Origin: Plasmodiophora brassicae
Taxonomy: Eukaryota
DNA length: 64,000 nucleotides
Reading direction: 5' to 3'
Assembly: GCA_036867785.1 (NCBI GenBank)
Contig: CP145410.1
Span: 1,674,001-1,738,000 of the forward strand
The notes under the pieces: model-generated
Databases searched by the model: none
Told to the model about the DNA's origin: nothing
Seen by the model: only the letters and a program-made list of their open reading frames with translations
Part shown: piece by piece, positions 32,099 to 42,618 of the stretch
How the letters are laid out: the number at the start of each line of letters is the position of its first letter
Numbering within the stretch: the stretch's first letter is position 1
Program-made: the position numbers and the translations under genes

Positions 32099-35081
32099 AT
32101 CGTCACGGCCTGGTGCGAAACGCGACGGCGAAGGAGACGCGGCCGCCGTTGAACCTGTGCCACATGCCGCATCGGAAAGCAGTCCTGCGGAACCTGCCCA
32201 CAGTGCAGACTCCAAAGTGGCCGAAGGTACGTTCCGGTTGTCTGACGGTATGAGCACACGGCTGATTCATTGTGTGGCGCCAGGACCTGTGTCGTCTCCC
32301 GGAGGCGCCGTCCAGTGCGCTGTGATACAAACGTTGGGTCCCACGACAGGGTTGACATTGGCAGACGACGTCCCGGCTCCTGCAAGTGATATCGTAGTTC
32401 CAGATGACAGCACCGGCGCGTCTAGTGCATCGTCGACCGCACCTGTTGATATGTCGATCGGATCTTCACCCAAGGTAACGCAGGCGTCGCTGAAAGATTC
32501 AGATACCGTACCGGTCGGGCAGGTGCCAGACAGAGACCAACCGCAAGTCACTGTAGCGCCTGGGACGTGGTCCGATATGCCAACCTGGTCGCCAGCCGAG
32601 GGGGCCAGCTGGGCGGACATCACCGAAGCCGAGCAGGCGAAACCTCCCTCCGATCATTGCAAGCAAGGCGGTTCGGGCGCCATCCAGGCGGTGGATCCGA
32701 CTTCACGGTGGGACACGCCATCCCCTGATGCGTCTGAGCCGTCCGCCCACGCGATTGATCCGGCCGCACGTTGGAACACGCCATCCTCTGACGCGCCCCA
32801 GCCGGCAGCATCGTTCCTGCCGACGTCCACGATGGAGTGCGCGTATTGCCACGAGAAGGGGCACTTCATTGCTGATTGCCGGATGCGCCCGCCCAAAGGA
32901 TGCTTCGCGTGCGGCGACCCCGGGCACATCTCCAGGAACTGTCCCACAGCCTGGAAGAGGAAAGCCAACACCCTAAGCAACAGCACCATCAGCAGCAGCA
33001 GCAGCAGCAAAGCGGCATCGGCGCCCGCGCGTCCGCCCCAGAAGGTCGCCCAGCGACAAGCGGCGGCGAACGCGCGCTACACGACTGAATCGTTCGGCGA
33101 CATGCCCAAACCGACGCAACGTCGCGAATCAGTCGTTCTGAGCTATCGGGCGCCGAGTGAACCGGCGGCGTCGGAGCAGCCGACGACGAACACGTCACGG
33201 CAAGCCCCGTACAAGACGGTCTGCCTGATCTGCGACGGCGACGATCACCGATCGATCCACTGCATGAAGGTGCCCGGCGCGCCTCTCGTCTGCAAGTACT
33301 GCCTGAGCCCCGATCACCGACGAAAGGACTGCCCGTGTCGCGAGATGTACAAGAACGAGGAGTGCAACTACTGCCACCGTATCGGGCACGTGCACATCGA
33401 CTGCCCGTTCCGCCTGCCATCGCCCATGGACGTCGAGCGCCTGCGCCAGATCAATGGGTGCACGTTCTGCCTGTCCCCGGATCACGTCGAGACCGGCTGC
33501 CCGATCCGGCACGCCGTCCTAGACGCCAAGGCGCGACGCGATCTGTCGAAATGCAAGATCTGTGGCGACGGGTCGCACGTCGAGAACTATTGCTCAACGG
33601 TGTCGGGCGCCCCGCTGCGCTGCCGGTACTGTGGATCGGCAGAGCATCGCCAGATGCATTGCCCGAGGCACCGGACGGCAGCCGACTCCAAGTGCCGACA
33701 TTGTGGCCGGGCCGGCCATGGCTCCATCGACTGCCCGCTTCGGTCGCCGAGCCTCGCCGAGAAGGAGTTCGCCGCGCGCCACAACCACTGCACGTTCTGC
33801 CTGCAGGAATCGCACACGCTGCCCAGCTGTGCCATTCACGCCAAGTTCCTGGAGGTGTCCGGCCAACAGCTCCCGAGCGTCGCGGCGAAGGTGGCTACGA
33901 CGCCATCCAGTGCAATTCGAAGCTTCGCGTACGATGATGATGATGACGGCGGAGACGCAGGCGTTCGTGAAGCGGCGCCGAGGCTCGTGTTCGAGGAGAA
34001 GGCGTCATCGTGCGCCTCGCGAGCCGGTCTGGGTCGAACGGTTGACAGCAGAGACGTTGTCGCACTGGACACGTCGTCGCCGCTCTCGGTCGTCGTCTGC
34101 GGGAACGACGCCGCCAACACGGTCGCGACGCTCGTCGAGGGGTTCCTGGTCGATGCGGACGCGGTGATCGTGGCGCCTGAATCGCCGACCGCTCTCCTGT
34201 TTCACTACGACGACCGGCGCGTCGGCTGTCGCCCGTTCGACCTGTCGATCCAGAAGCGCGCCGACCTGCCCGTCGTGTCGGGCGTCGTCGTGCTCGTGCC
34301 GCCCGGGCAAGTCGAACGTCGCAAGGCGCTGTACGCGTCGTGGCCCAACTGCCACGTGCGCCCGATCCTGTTCGACTGGTCGGCGATCACGGCGGAGGTC
34401 CTGCTTGGACTGCTACATGTGCCGCTGGGCGTCGACCTGACCGGGCCCGACCTGGACCTGCAGGCGATGGTGCTGGACCGGTTCCTGGACTGGGACACGT
34501 TGCAGGCGTTCCGCGATGCGGTCGACCGGTTCCGCCCCGGGGCCCTGGCGTCGACGCTGGACGCGTTCCTGACGGATCAGGCTGGGGATTCGTTGGCGGG
34601 CGTGTTCAAGAGCGGGACGTTGGTGCTGTGCGACCTGGAGGATCCAGCACTGGATGCGCGCGCCGCCTGCGGGATCTTCAGCGCCCTGCTGCAAATGCTT
34701 CGATCGGCGAAGGCGGTGTCGAGCAAGCTGGTCGTCTGCGATCGTGCGGATAAGTACCTGCCGAGCGACGCGTCGTTCGCATCGTCGATCGCAGCGCTGG
34801 CGGTGAACGACAAGATCAGCACGATCGTGTCCGTTGAGAACGCAGGCGCCCTGCCGGACTCGATGCTGCACAAGGACGTCGCTGCCTGTTTCATCCTGAA
34901 GACGGAGTCGGAATACTACAAGAGCGTGCACGACCGGCTGCATCTACCAAGGTCGTTCCTGGGCGCGGCGTTGCGCCTGGCGAATCGCGACGTGCTGATC
35001 TATTCGTCATTCTGGGATGGCTCGCCGGGCACTGACGTGCGATGCGTTCGGTTGCGGAAGCGATTCACCGGTGCCCAGTAA
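31860..35081 (+). CDS. Large protein with ten CCHC zinc knuckles and a C-terminal degenerate P-loop (HerA/FtsK-like) domain
   Basis: Ten C-x2-C-x4-H-x4-C motifs; C-terminus PLSVVVCG, LLFHYD, VVVLVPP, GTLVLCDLEDP, ACGIF, KLVVCDRADKYL; the true start may be upstream. Confidence 0.8.
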   Translation: MNDELGTRGAADAALKDGQTVGEVAAPAISDAGELRRPTTETQLAVMTGQLGTRGSAGVAVKDDQIVGEAAAPAMSDPDESSRPGAKRDGEGDAAAVEPVPHAASESSPAEPAHSADSKVAEGTFRLSDGMSTRLIHCVAPGPVSSPGGAVQCAVIQTLGPTTGLTLADDVPAPASDIVVPDDSTGASSASSTAPVDMSIGSSPKVTQASLKDSDTVPVGQVPDRDQPQVTVAPGTWSDMPTWSPAEGASWADITEAEQAKPPSDHCKQGGSGAIQAVDPTSRWDTPSPDASEPSAHAIDPAARWNTPSSDAPQPAASFLPTSTMECAYCHEKGHFIADCRMRPPKGCFACGDPGHISRNCPTAWKRKANTLSNSTISSSSSSKAASAPARPPQKVAQRQAAANARYTTESFGDMPKPTQRRESVVLSYRAPSEPAASEQPTTNTSRQAPYKTVCLICDGDDHRSIHCMKVPGAPLVCKYCLSPDHRRKDCPCREMYKNEECNYCHRIGHVHIDCPFRLPSPMDVERLRQINGCTFCLSPDHVETGCPIRHAVLDAKARRDLSKCKICGDGSHVENYCSTVSGAPLRCRYCGSAEHRQMHCPRHRTAADSKCRHCGRAGHGSIDCPLRSPSLAEKEFAARHNHCTFCLQESHTLPSCAIHAKFLEVSGQQLPSVAAKVATTPSSAIRSFAYDDDDDGGDAGVREAAPRLVFEEKASSCASRAGLGRTVDSRDVVALDTSSPLSVVVCGNDAANTVATLVEGFLVDADAVIVAPESPTALLFHYDDRRVGCRPFDLSIQKRADLPVVSGVVVLVPPGQVERRKALYASWPNCHVRPILFDWSAITAEVLLGLLHVPLGVDLTGPDLDLQAMVLDRFLDWDTLQAFRDAVDRFRPGALASTLDAFLTDQAGDSLAGVFKSGTLVLCDLEDPALDARAACGIFSALLQMLRSAKAVSSKLVVCDRADKYLPSDASFASSIAALAVNDKISTIVSVENAGALPDSMLHKDVAACFILKTESEYYKSVHDRLHLPRSFLGAALRLANRDVLIYSSFWDGSPGTDVRCVRLRKRFTGAQ

Positions 35082-36138
35082 TCTGTTGCATTCTATGAGC
35101 GTTTATTATCTACCGTACATGCGTTATAAACCAAATCAGGAAGATTACCCTCACACGAACTTACGAACGTACGTGTATCCCGTCAATGGAATACCGTGCC
35201 TACGATCGCCTGTCTGTGCCCTGCAGGTTCGGCCGGGACCGCCGATCAGGTAGCTAACGGTCGTCAAGCCGCCGAGCATGGTTGGAAGAAGGGCGCTTAT
35301 ATATGTCGTCTCTGCTTACTGTCTGCATTAACATTAACATTAATTAATTAGCCAACCGTTCGATGACGTTCCGCTCTCCTGTCGTGACAGTCGCCGCCGC
35401 TGGCTAATGCGGAACCAGGGTCAATTACCGACATTCTTCTTGGGTCGTACTTCTGCAGCAACAACGGGAAATAGGGTGTGCCACTCGCCACCTTCCAATG
35501 CTGTTCCTGGAGATCGACCCCAGGCTCCAGGTTGTACAGCACCTTGATAAATCATGCACCTGGGAGGAACGTCACTGTATCCCCCAATGTCGACCCCAGT
35601 CTGGCAGACCGCGTTCACACGTTATTAATTCGGATCCTGCCCAGCGTGTGTACTACCGAGGATCGACGTAGTACGTAGTATATCTGCTACTGGAGCGTGA
35701 CACAGGTCGCACCCCAGTTTCAGACTCGTATTGCTTGTCAAGTCGTCGTGAGCTGTTGTCGACGTCTGTGAGAGCGATGGGCTCGTGACGATACGCCGGC
35801 AGCACACGATGTCTGCCCTGTCAACCTGTCAACGGTGGACGTAGTATGCGCCGGGCCGGGAACTCGCTCATGGCTCTTTCTGCAGCATTCCTGAACAGTC
35901 CAACGGGGGTGGCGTACAACGGACGTTGTCTGGGTACCGTGCTCCCTTGCCGTAGAGCCGGTATGCAGTGATCCGGCCTGGCCCGCTGGATTTGGGTTTG
36001 AATACGTTCCATATGCGGGACGGCACCCGCATCGCCCCTTTATCGATGCGGAATCCTCGAGCCTACTTGCAGAACATAAGCCACCTGCGGGACGGGGCGT
36101 GGTAGTATATTCTCATGGACACACGGACCCAAACAAAC

Positions 36139-36418
36139 TGTAGACCGGACCGCCCACTAGGCCACGAGAGCAGCTGCTCCCGTGGCCTAGTGGGCGGTCC
36201 GGTCTACAAAACATCTCACCGGGGAAGCTCGTACCCCCCGACGATCGAGCGATGTCCGCCGCCTACCCGTGTAGACGACTCGCAGACCTGCTCTCGTGCC
36301 TGGCGCGTCCGTACTATCTACCATCCTCCCCAAAACTCTCCGTCCACGGCGGACTTCGAGGAGGCTCGAACTCCCGTCGGTGAGATGTTTTGTAGACCGG
36401 ACCGCCCACTAGGCCACG
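36139..36418. repeat. 70-bp palindrome (36139-36208) whose right arm is also the left 41-bp TIR of a MITE-like unit (36181-36418)
   Basis: TGTAGACCGGACCGCCCACTAGGCCACG at 36139 (+), 36181 (-) and 36391 (+); 36181-36221 is the reverse complement of 36378-36418. Confidence 0.9.
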
Positions 36419-36552
36419 AGCGGACCGTTCCACGACGACAGCCGCATCAGTCATCACCCAGTCGAAGAACCAGACGAAAAACGGCAACATCAGTTACAAG
36501 GCCGGTGCTACAAACAGGAACGACTTTCATGCTGCTCTCTCCATAAACGACA

Positions 36553-36690
36553 GAGAGCCTCGTAAATGCAAGCCTCTCTCTTTATAAATAGAGAGCCTCG
36601 TGAATGCAAGCCTCTTTCTCTCTTGAGAGCCTCGCGCCGAATGCAAACCTCTCTCTTGAGAGCCTCGTGAATGCAAGCCTCTCTATTTCG
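36553..36690. repeat. Four tandem copies of a 33-38 bp unit GAGAGCCTCGTGAATGCAAGCCTCTCT
   Basis: Copies start at 36553, 36591, 36625 and 36658. Confidence 0.9.
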
Positions 36691-37894
36691 TCCGATCCGA
36701 AGGGCCCAATTTTATTTCTCTGGTCCATCTGCTATGTACAGCGTCCGCCAACGCCAACGAGAGATCAGATTTCCCGGGCCGCCCGTTCACTACCTGGAAG
36801 AGCCAGCCAGGCACGCACTCTTATTGTCACTTTGAAAGTCCCCACGTCACACGCCGTCAAGGTTCACGATGAGTGTTGACCACGACGCCACCAAAGAAAC
36901 TGAAGACATCAACCAACTCCCTTCCATCATACTCGCGCAAGGCGATTTGCGTGATATATACGTACCGTTCATTGATCATAGCTATCTCTGCCTTCAGAGT
37001 CCCAGAGTTGTCGAAAAAGGACAGCCGTGCACAAATATTATATCATGTCCTGACGGCGGGGGCGATCATTGCGAATTGTTAGACAACGGCGACTGGGGGG
37101 ATGACGGCGCTTGCGGGCTCGTGGACGATGGACGGGGTGGAAGGACGCCAGGGTCAGGGTCGCGAGGCAGCGGCTTCACGAGTATGCCGAGCAGGGTCGT
37201 GCTGATCGATGCTCGATCGGTCCATCAGCTCCTCGCGTGAGGTCGCCGACGGCATTGTGCGCACTGATCTGTGGCTGGGGCACCTACCTGGCGTCCTTCC
37301 ACCCCGTCCGTCGACCACGAGCCCGCAAGCGCCGTCATCACAATGCCGTCGGCGACCTGATCAGGCGCTGATGGACCGAGCATCGATCAGCACGACCCTG
37401 CTCGGCATACTCGTGAAGCCGTTGCCTCGCGACCCTGACCCTGGCGTCCTTCCAGCCCGTCCATCGTCCACGAGCCCGCAAGCGCCGTCATCCCCCCAGT
37501 CGCCGTTGTCTAACAATTCGCAATGATCGCCCCCGCCGTCAGGACATGATATAATATTTGTGCACGGCTGTCCTTTTTCGACAACTCTGGGACTCTGAGG
37601 CAGAGATAGCTATGATCAATGAACGGTACGTATATATCACGCAAATCGCCTTGCGCGAGTGTGATGGAAGGGAGTTGGTTGATGTCTTCAGTTTCTTTGG
37701 TGGCGTCGTGGTCAACACTCATCGTGAACCTTGACGGCGTGTGACGTGGGGACTTTCAAAGTGACAATAAGAGTGCGTGCCTGGCTGGCTCTTCCAGGTA
37801 GTGAACGGGCGGCCCGGGAAATCTGATCTCTCGTTGGCGTTGGCGGGCGCTGTACGTAGCAATCGGACGAAATAGAGAGGCTCACGAGGCTCTC
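36658..37894. repeat. About 1.2-kb foldback: long, highly similar inverted arms around an 80-bp spacer
   Basis: 36730-37259 is a near-exact reverse complement of 37339-37861; the same MSVDHDATKETED ORF appears on both strands (36869 +, 37722 -). Confidence 0.95.
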
Positions 37895-37987
37895 TCGGGG
37901 CTCTCGGGCGGTTGCCGGTTAGCAAAACCTGGGGCGGTTGAACAAAATCGTTGCAAACATTTTTAGCGTACGACTGGTCTGGCGTTA

Positions 37988-38179
37988 CCGGCAGTGGTTT
38001 GGTAGGATGGCAACAATAAACCGTCTGCGGACACCAACCTCAGTCGGTTATAATGTTAGAAGACGGACATACGCGACATGAAGCCAGACGACAACTGTCT
38101 CCAGAACACGGAATAACAGACTGAGGTCGGTGTCCGCGCGGACGGTTTGCTGTTGTCATCCTGCCCAAACCACTGCCGG
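37988..38179. mobile_element. Degenerate MITE-like inverted repeat with arms of about 80-90 bp
   Basis: CCGGCAGTGGTTTGG...CCTCAGTC versus GACTGAGG...CCAAACCACTGCCGG. Confidence 0.7.
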
Positions 38180-38231
38180 GATTACCAGTACGCACGGCAA
38201 TTTTTGACGGGCCGTGTCGGGACAGGAGCTA

Positions 38232-39806
38232 CAGTAATTGCTTCTAATAAGCCCTGACCTGAAATAATCGGGGTTCGGGGTCATAGAGCATTTTGAGGGT
38301 TCGGGGTCTTACTGTGAAATATTTTTTGTACCGAGCAGTGCTTGGGGTCTTACCAGAAGCAATCTTGATACGTGGAGTTATGTAGCGATAATCAACAACA
38401 GATTGGTCCCGATTAACCAAAAAACAAGAAATGGCACATTTATTCGTCGCAGAGGTACGCTCGACTCAAAGGGACGGCATAATATCCTCCCACTCCAATG
38501 GGCTCACCGAATGGATCCTGCCCCAAAGAACTCATCGCGTGCAGTTGTTGGATAACGACCACAACGTGGCCGTCGGGCACAGGCTGCCCGTGTATGGACG
38601 CACGCGGTGCAGTAACACAGCCGGTGAGTAGCGGTTGGCCATCGGAATCGAAAACCTTGACATAGTCGCCTTCACGAAAACTGGGTTGTCCGGCTTCATA
38701 CGACTGGATGGGCGCTTCCTCGTCTGACGAACTCGGGTCTTGGATATCGTAGTCGCCTTGAGAAAAGTCGCCGTCACTGCCGTCGCTGCTGGCGGATTCT
38801 GACTCATCATCGAGGTTGATGACAAAGGGGACATCGGGGATGAACCTGTAATCATCAAGACCCTGGATCTTGATTCTACTGGGATTTGCACCAACCGTCC
38901 CAAGTAGGCAATCTTCTCGAAGTACTTACGAATGTACCCCGCTTGACATAACTCCTCCCAGGCTTCGCCCACCCATCTGGTAATGAGGATGCGTCGCTCG
39001 GGTGCCGTGAACCTCCCCGCTAACCATTTCGAAGAAAATGCAGCGTCGTTGTCCATCTGATTATCGAGGCGCGACGCAATCAGGTATTTCATCATCCTGC
39101 CCGCGCCGGCGTCGACTGTCGAGGATAATTAGCACGGAATAACAAAGATAAACGAAATACATACCCGGTTGCAACAAATCAGTGACATTTGGCGGAAACA
39201 GCACGATCTCCCCCAATGGTTTCATCGCGTCAACAAACTCTGGTGCCTTATGTGCTTGAAGATTGTCGCACAAAGTAAAGGGTCGCCATTTCTGTTTAGC
39301 GAGGACGAACACGATGCGACTCTTGCCTCTTGCTTCCCATTCAAGTCTACGACACACTACATATTCACGAACGTTCGTGGAAAGAACTCGCTGACCTTCG
39401 TTCGATTCCTCGCGTTTGTCGCTGGGACATGTGTTGCCCGAACCCTTGTAGCGGGCGATCAGCGCTCGTTTCATATCATCGAACTCCGAAGGTGCGATAA
39501 TATCGTCCTTCATCAGCCCAGATAGCTCACGGAGCTCTTCCAGCATCGATGACATTCGCACACAGGCCGCACAACACCTGCTCGACAGTATGCACAATGA
39601 GCATGCGGCGGCATCACCGCCGTCCGTGCAGCAAAAACAGCAAACCGTTGTGTGGAAGCTTCTAATAAGACCCCAAACGCCTAAATTTAGCCCCTGTGTC
39701 TCTATTAAGACCCCGAATGTGCCTCGAAAACGGGGTTTGGGGTCATAAGCCACCGATTTCAGGGTTCAGGGCTTATTAAAGGAAATCTTATTATGAGCAA
39801 TTACTG
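38232..39806 (-). mobile_element. Pogo/Tigger-like (Tc1/mariner superfamily) DNA transposon, defective
   Basis: TIRs CAGTAATTGCTTCTAATAAG / CAGTAATTGCTCATAATAAG (18/20), TA at both flanks, subterminal GGGGTC repeats; DDE_1 remnant DNLQAH...FPPNVTDLLQPVD...RRILITRWVGEAW. Confidence 0.9.
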
Positions 39807-40093
39807 TATGGTCGTGAATATCATCGCAGGAGTCTACGATGCGATTTCGACGGCAGCAGCGGTCTTTTCCGGAACTTCCGTTGACAGTGAAATGGGCCCC
39901 TGGCAGTAGACTCCGTTATAATACAAAACGCGTTGCGGCGTCCCCAGAGAGTTGGTATGGTAAACGAGAATACAGTTGCTATAGACTAACGTGATGTTGT
40001 GGAAGATGTATGCTTCCTTGCAGTCCGCATCAGTGTAAGACCCCACATCGGATTTTGATTGAATCGGCAGTGAGTACAACTTTACAGCCACGT

Positions 40094-40816
40094 ATGGGGG
40101 TCACGAACTCCGTGACGGAGTCCGCAGCACTCCTGGACGGCACCGTCATGAAGGACCTGCTACGACACGACCGAGGTCAGTTGGATCTTCGCGAGTTGTC
40201 CAGCGAGCAAGGCGTTTTAGACCAGTCCGACGGAAGTGCACGGTTCAACCATGGACAGACCTCCGTGATTGCTTCCGTGGTCGGCCCGGTCGAAGCGCCG
40301 TTGCGGTTGGAATTGGTGGACCGTGCCGCCGTTTCGGTCGTCGTCAAGTCGTTACCCTCGTGGGCGCCCTCGTCTGTCGCTGAACTTGAACTGCTGGTAC
40401 GACAAACGTTGGAACCTATTGTACTGCGAGCGATGCACCCGAGAACGCAGATCGCGATCACACTTCATATCGTGGAAGACGCTGGCAGTCTGTTAGCAGC
40501 GTGCGTCAACGCGGCCTGCTTAGCGTTGGTCGATGCTGGTGTGCCATGTTCGGCAATGGCCACCGGCGTCTCCTTTGCAATATCCCGATCCGGGAACGTT
40601 CTCCTGGATCCGACTCTGGACGAGGAACACTCGTCGCCTGTACGGATGACGTTCGTGTTCAGCACCGCGGACCAGAACATGTTGACGTCTGCAACCGACG
40701 GGCTCATCTCCGAAGACGCGTACTTCAAGTGCGCTGAGGTGGCCAGGCAAGGCGCTGCCCGAGTTCAGGCCTTCACCGAACTAACTCTTAGAAGCAAAGT
40801 CAACAGTAAACCTTGA
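40094..40816 (+). CDS. EXOSC5: Exosome complex RNase PH-like subunit Rrp46
   Basis: LDQSDGSARF..GQTSVIASVVGPVE, HPRTQI, DAGSLLAACVNAACLALVDAGV, LLDPTLDEE; start may instead be ATG 40148. Confidence 0.9.
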   Translation: MGVTNSVTESAALLDGTVMKDLLRHDRGQLDLRELSSEQGVLDQSDGSARFNHGQTSVIASVVGPVEAPLRLELVDRAAVSVVVKSLPSWAPSSVAELELLVRQTLEPIVLRAMHPRTQIAITLHIVEDAGSLLAACVNAACLALVDAGVPCSAMATGVSFAISRSGNVLLDPTLDEEHSSPVRMTFVFSTADQNMLTSATDGLISEDAYFKCAEVARQGAARVQAFTELTLRSKVNSKP

Positions 40817-40833
40817 ACGTTAACCATGTTGTT

Positions 40834-42413
40834 CTAACGCATGGCAGTTGATGACGATTGCAATGCCGTCACGATCTCGGATAATCCCTCGTCACCGTGC
40901 GCCTTGCTTCTGACAATATCGGCCAACGACTGGAGCAGCGTCGGGCAGTGAAACCTCAGCGCCCGGTGCTTCAGGTCGGTACACAGTGCCCATATTTCAT
41001 CGGATGGAGGACTGCCCGCCCCACCTTTCCCCGACAACAGCTTCATCACCTTGGTGAAATCCCGCAATATGGCCTCGTGGTTCACGGACGGCGGTTCCCG
41101 ACCTGCATGCTGTAGGATGTACGACGCCGGCGGCATATCTGGATTCGAAGTCAGCATCAATGTTCAGAGTTCGCGGGTCATGTCATACCCAGTGGAATAG
41201 GTTTTGCCTGTGAACTGATAGGATATTCGAAACGAAGAAGGTCGAGTCGCTCGCCAAGCCACGGGATTGACGCGTCAGAAGATAGGACATCGATGACGAT
41301 CCGCAACGGGGTCGACGCGCTCGACGCGACTTTCATGAAACCGAAATGGACGATCGGACACGAGGCCAGCTTAACTAGGGCAGACACCTTGCGCTCCGCG
41401 AGCGCGAACGCAAACGCGCTCGCACGATCGGTGTTGCTGATCACTTCGTGACGGGCAACGGCCGCGGTGACAGCCAAATCAACCGGAAGAAACCCATGAA
41501 CGCGGACAACGTTGTCCCAGCCTGAAAGACCTCGGTCCCAAGCAATCGTTGAAGGCAAAGGATCAACTGTGAACGTGAATACAGAGGCGTCGTCTACGAG
41601 CAGCGTTCCCTGGCATTTTGGTGTGGGTACATAGAACAGAGGTTGGTGCCTGATACTGCCGCCAACCTGATACGTCGGATATAGAGCATCACAGAAGTCG
41701 TCAACAGCAGGACCGACAGACGTGCCAGGCAGATTAATGAAGCAGAACTGGCCGTCACCCGCCAGCACAAGCTGCCTAAGTGCATCGCATTCGATTTCGC
41801 GAGCGCCAAAGCAAACGGTACTAAGCCGAACGAAATAGCTGACAGACACCGCGATATGAAAACGACGATTGGATGCGAGACTCAGGTACGACGGACCTCG
41901 AGTGAACTCGCCGAATGAACGAGATAAGGCTATCAAGCTGCTGATCGGCGGCGGGATTCCCGGTAAAGCTAATCGATGAGAACCGCATCACGTCCCACCC
42001 CGGTTGCAACGCGCCATCTGTGATCACGATAACGCTGGTTTGCATCCGAGATTGGAATGCGTACACAGCGTTGTCCAGCAGAACCTGCAACGCGGGGCCT
42101 AGCAGCGAACTTATGTTTCGAAAGGACAAACAGTGACACGCCAGGTCGTACCTAATGCTGATCGGTCCGCGAGCGATGCCTGGTACAATGCCTTGCGAAT
42201 GACCGCGTAGTCGGTCGTATATTCCGCAAGGCAACGGCACCCGGTGGCGTTGAAATCGTACAGCGCGACGGGCTCATGCCCACCCGACCACTGCTTCACG
42301 CGCTTCAGCACGTGCAGCACGATCAGCTGCATGACATCCTTGCGCGTCCGGTCGCCGCCGCCGACCGTCTCGTCCAGCGACGACGACGTCGACAGCAGCA
42401 GAATGGTCGGCAT
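40834..42413 (-). CDS. INTS14: Integrator subunit 14 (VWA9)-like, multi-exon
   Basis: MPTILLLSTSSSL...RK...EYTTDYAVIRKAL, VIVITDG, and C-terminal LKHRALRFHCPTLLQSLADIV resemble INTS14. Confidence 0.7.
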
Positions 42414-42618
42414 GCCCGCACCCGCCCCAAATATAAAATGGCGGTCGACTCGACAGACAAATCCCCGGCGAGCTGCATCCCCCGACTGGGCACCGGAAGT
42501 TTGTTGTGGCACAGAGGCAGTGCAGACAACAGTCGAACGCTGCACGGACGATGCTGCACTGACGTGGAGCGTCGCCGAACGCGGTAGAAACGTGCACTGC
42601 GATATTTTAAAAGTGTGT

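Noticed and set aside
31860-35081. Retrotransposon gag interpretation of the zinc-knuckle ORF
   Set aside because: No protease, RT, integrase or LTRs; ten knuckles and a different C-terminal domain.
35348-36012. Short minus-strand protein-like fragments
   Set aside because: Broken frames with no motif I can assign; possibly a decayed gene, but unsupported.
36553-36690. Possible mini-CRISPR of four repeats
   Set aside because: The inter-repeat sequence is only a few low-complexity bases; this is a tandem array at the foldback end.
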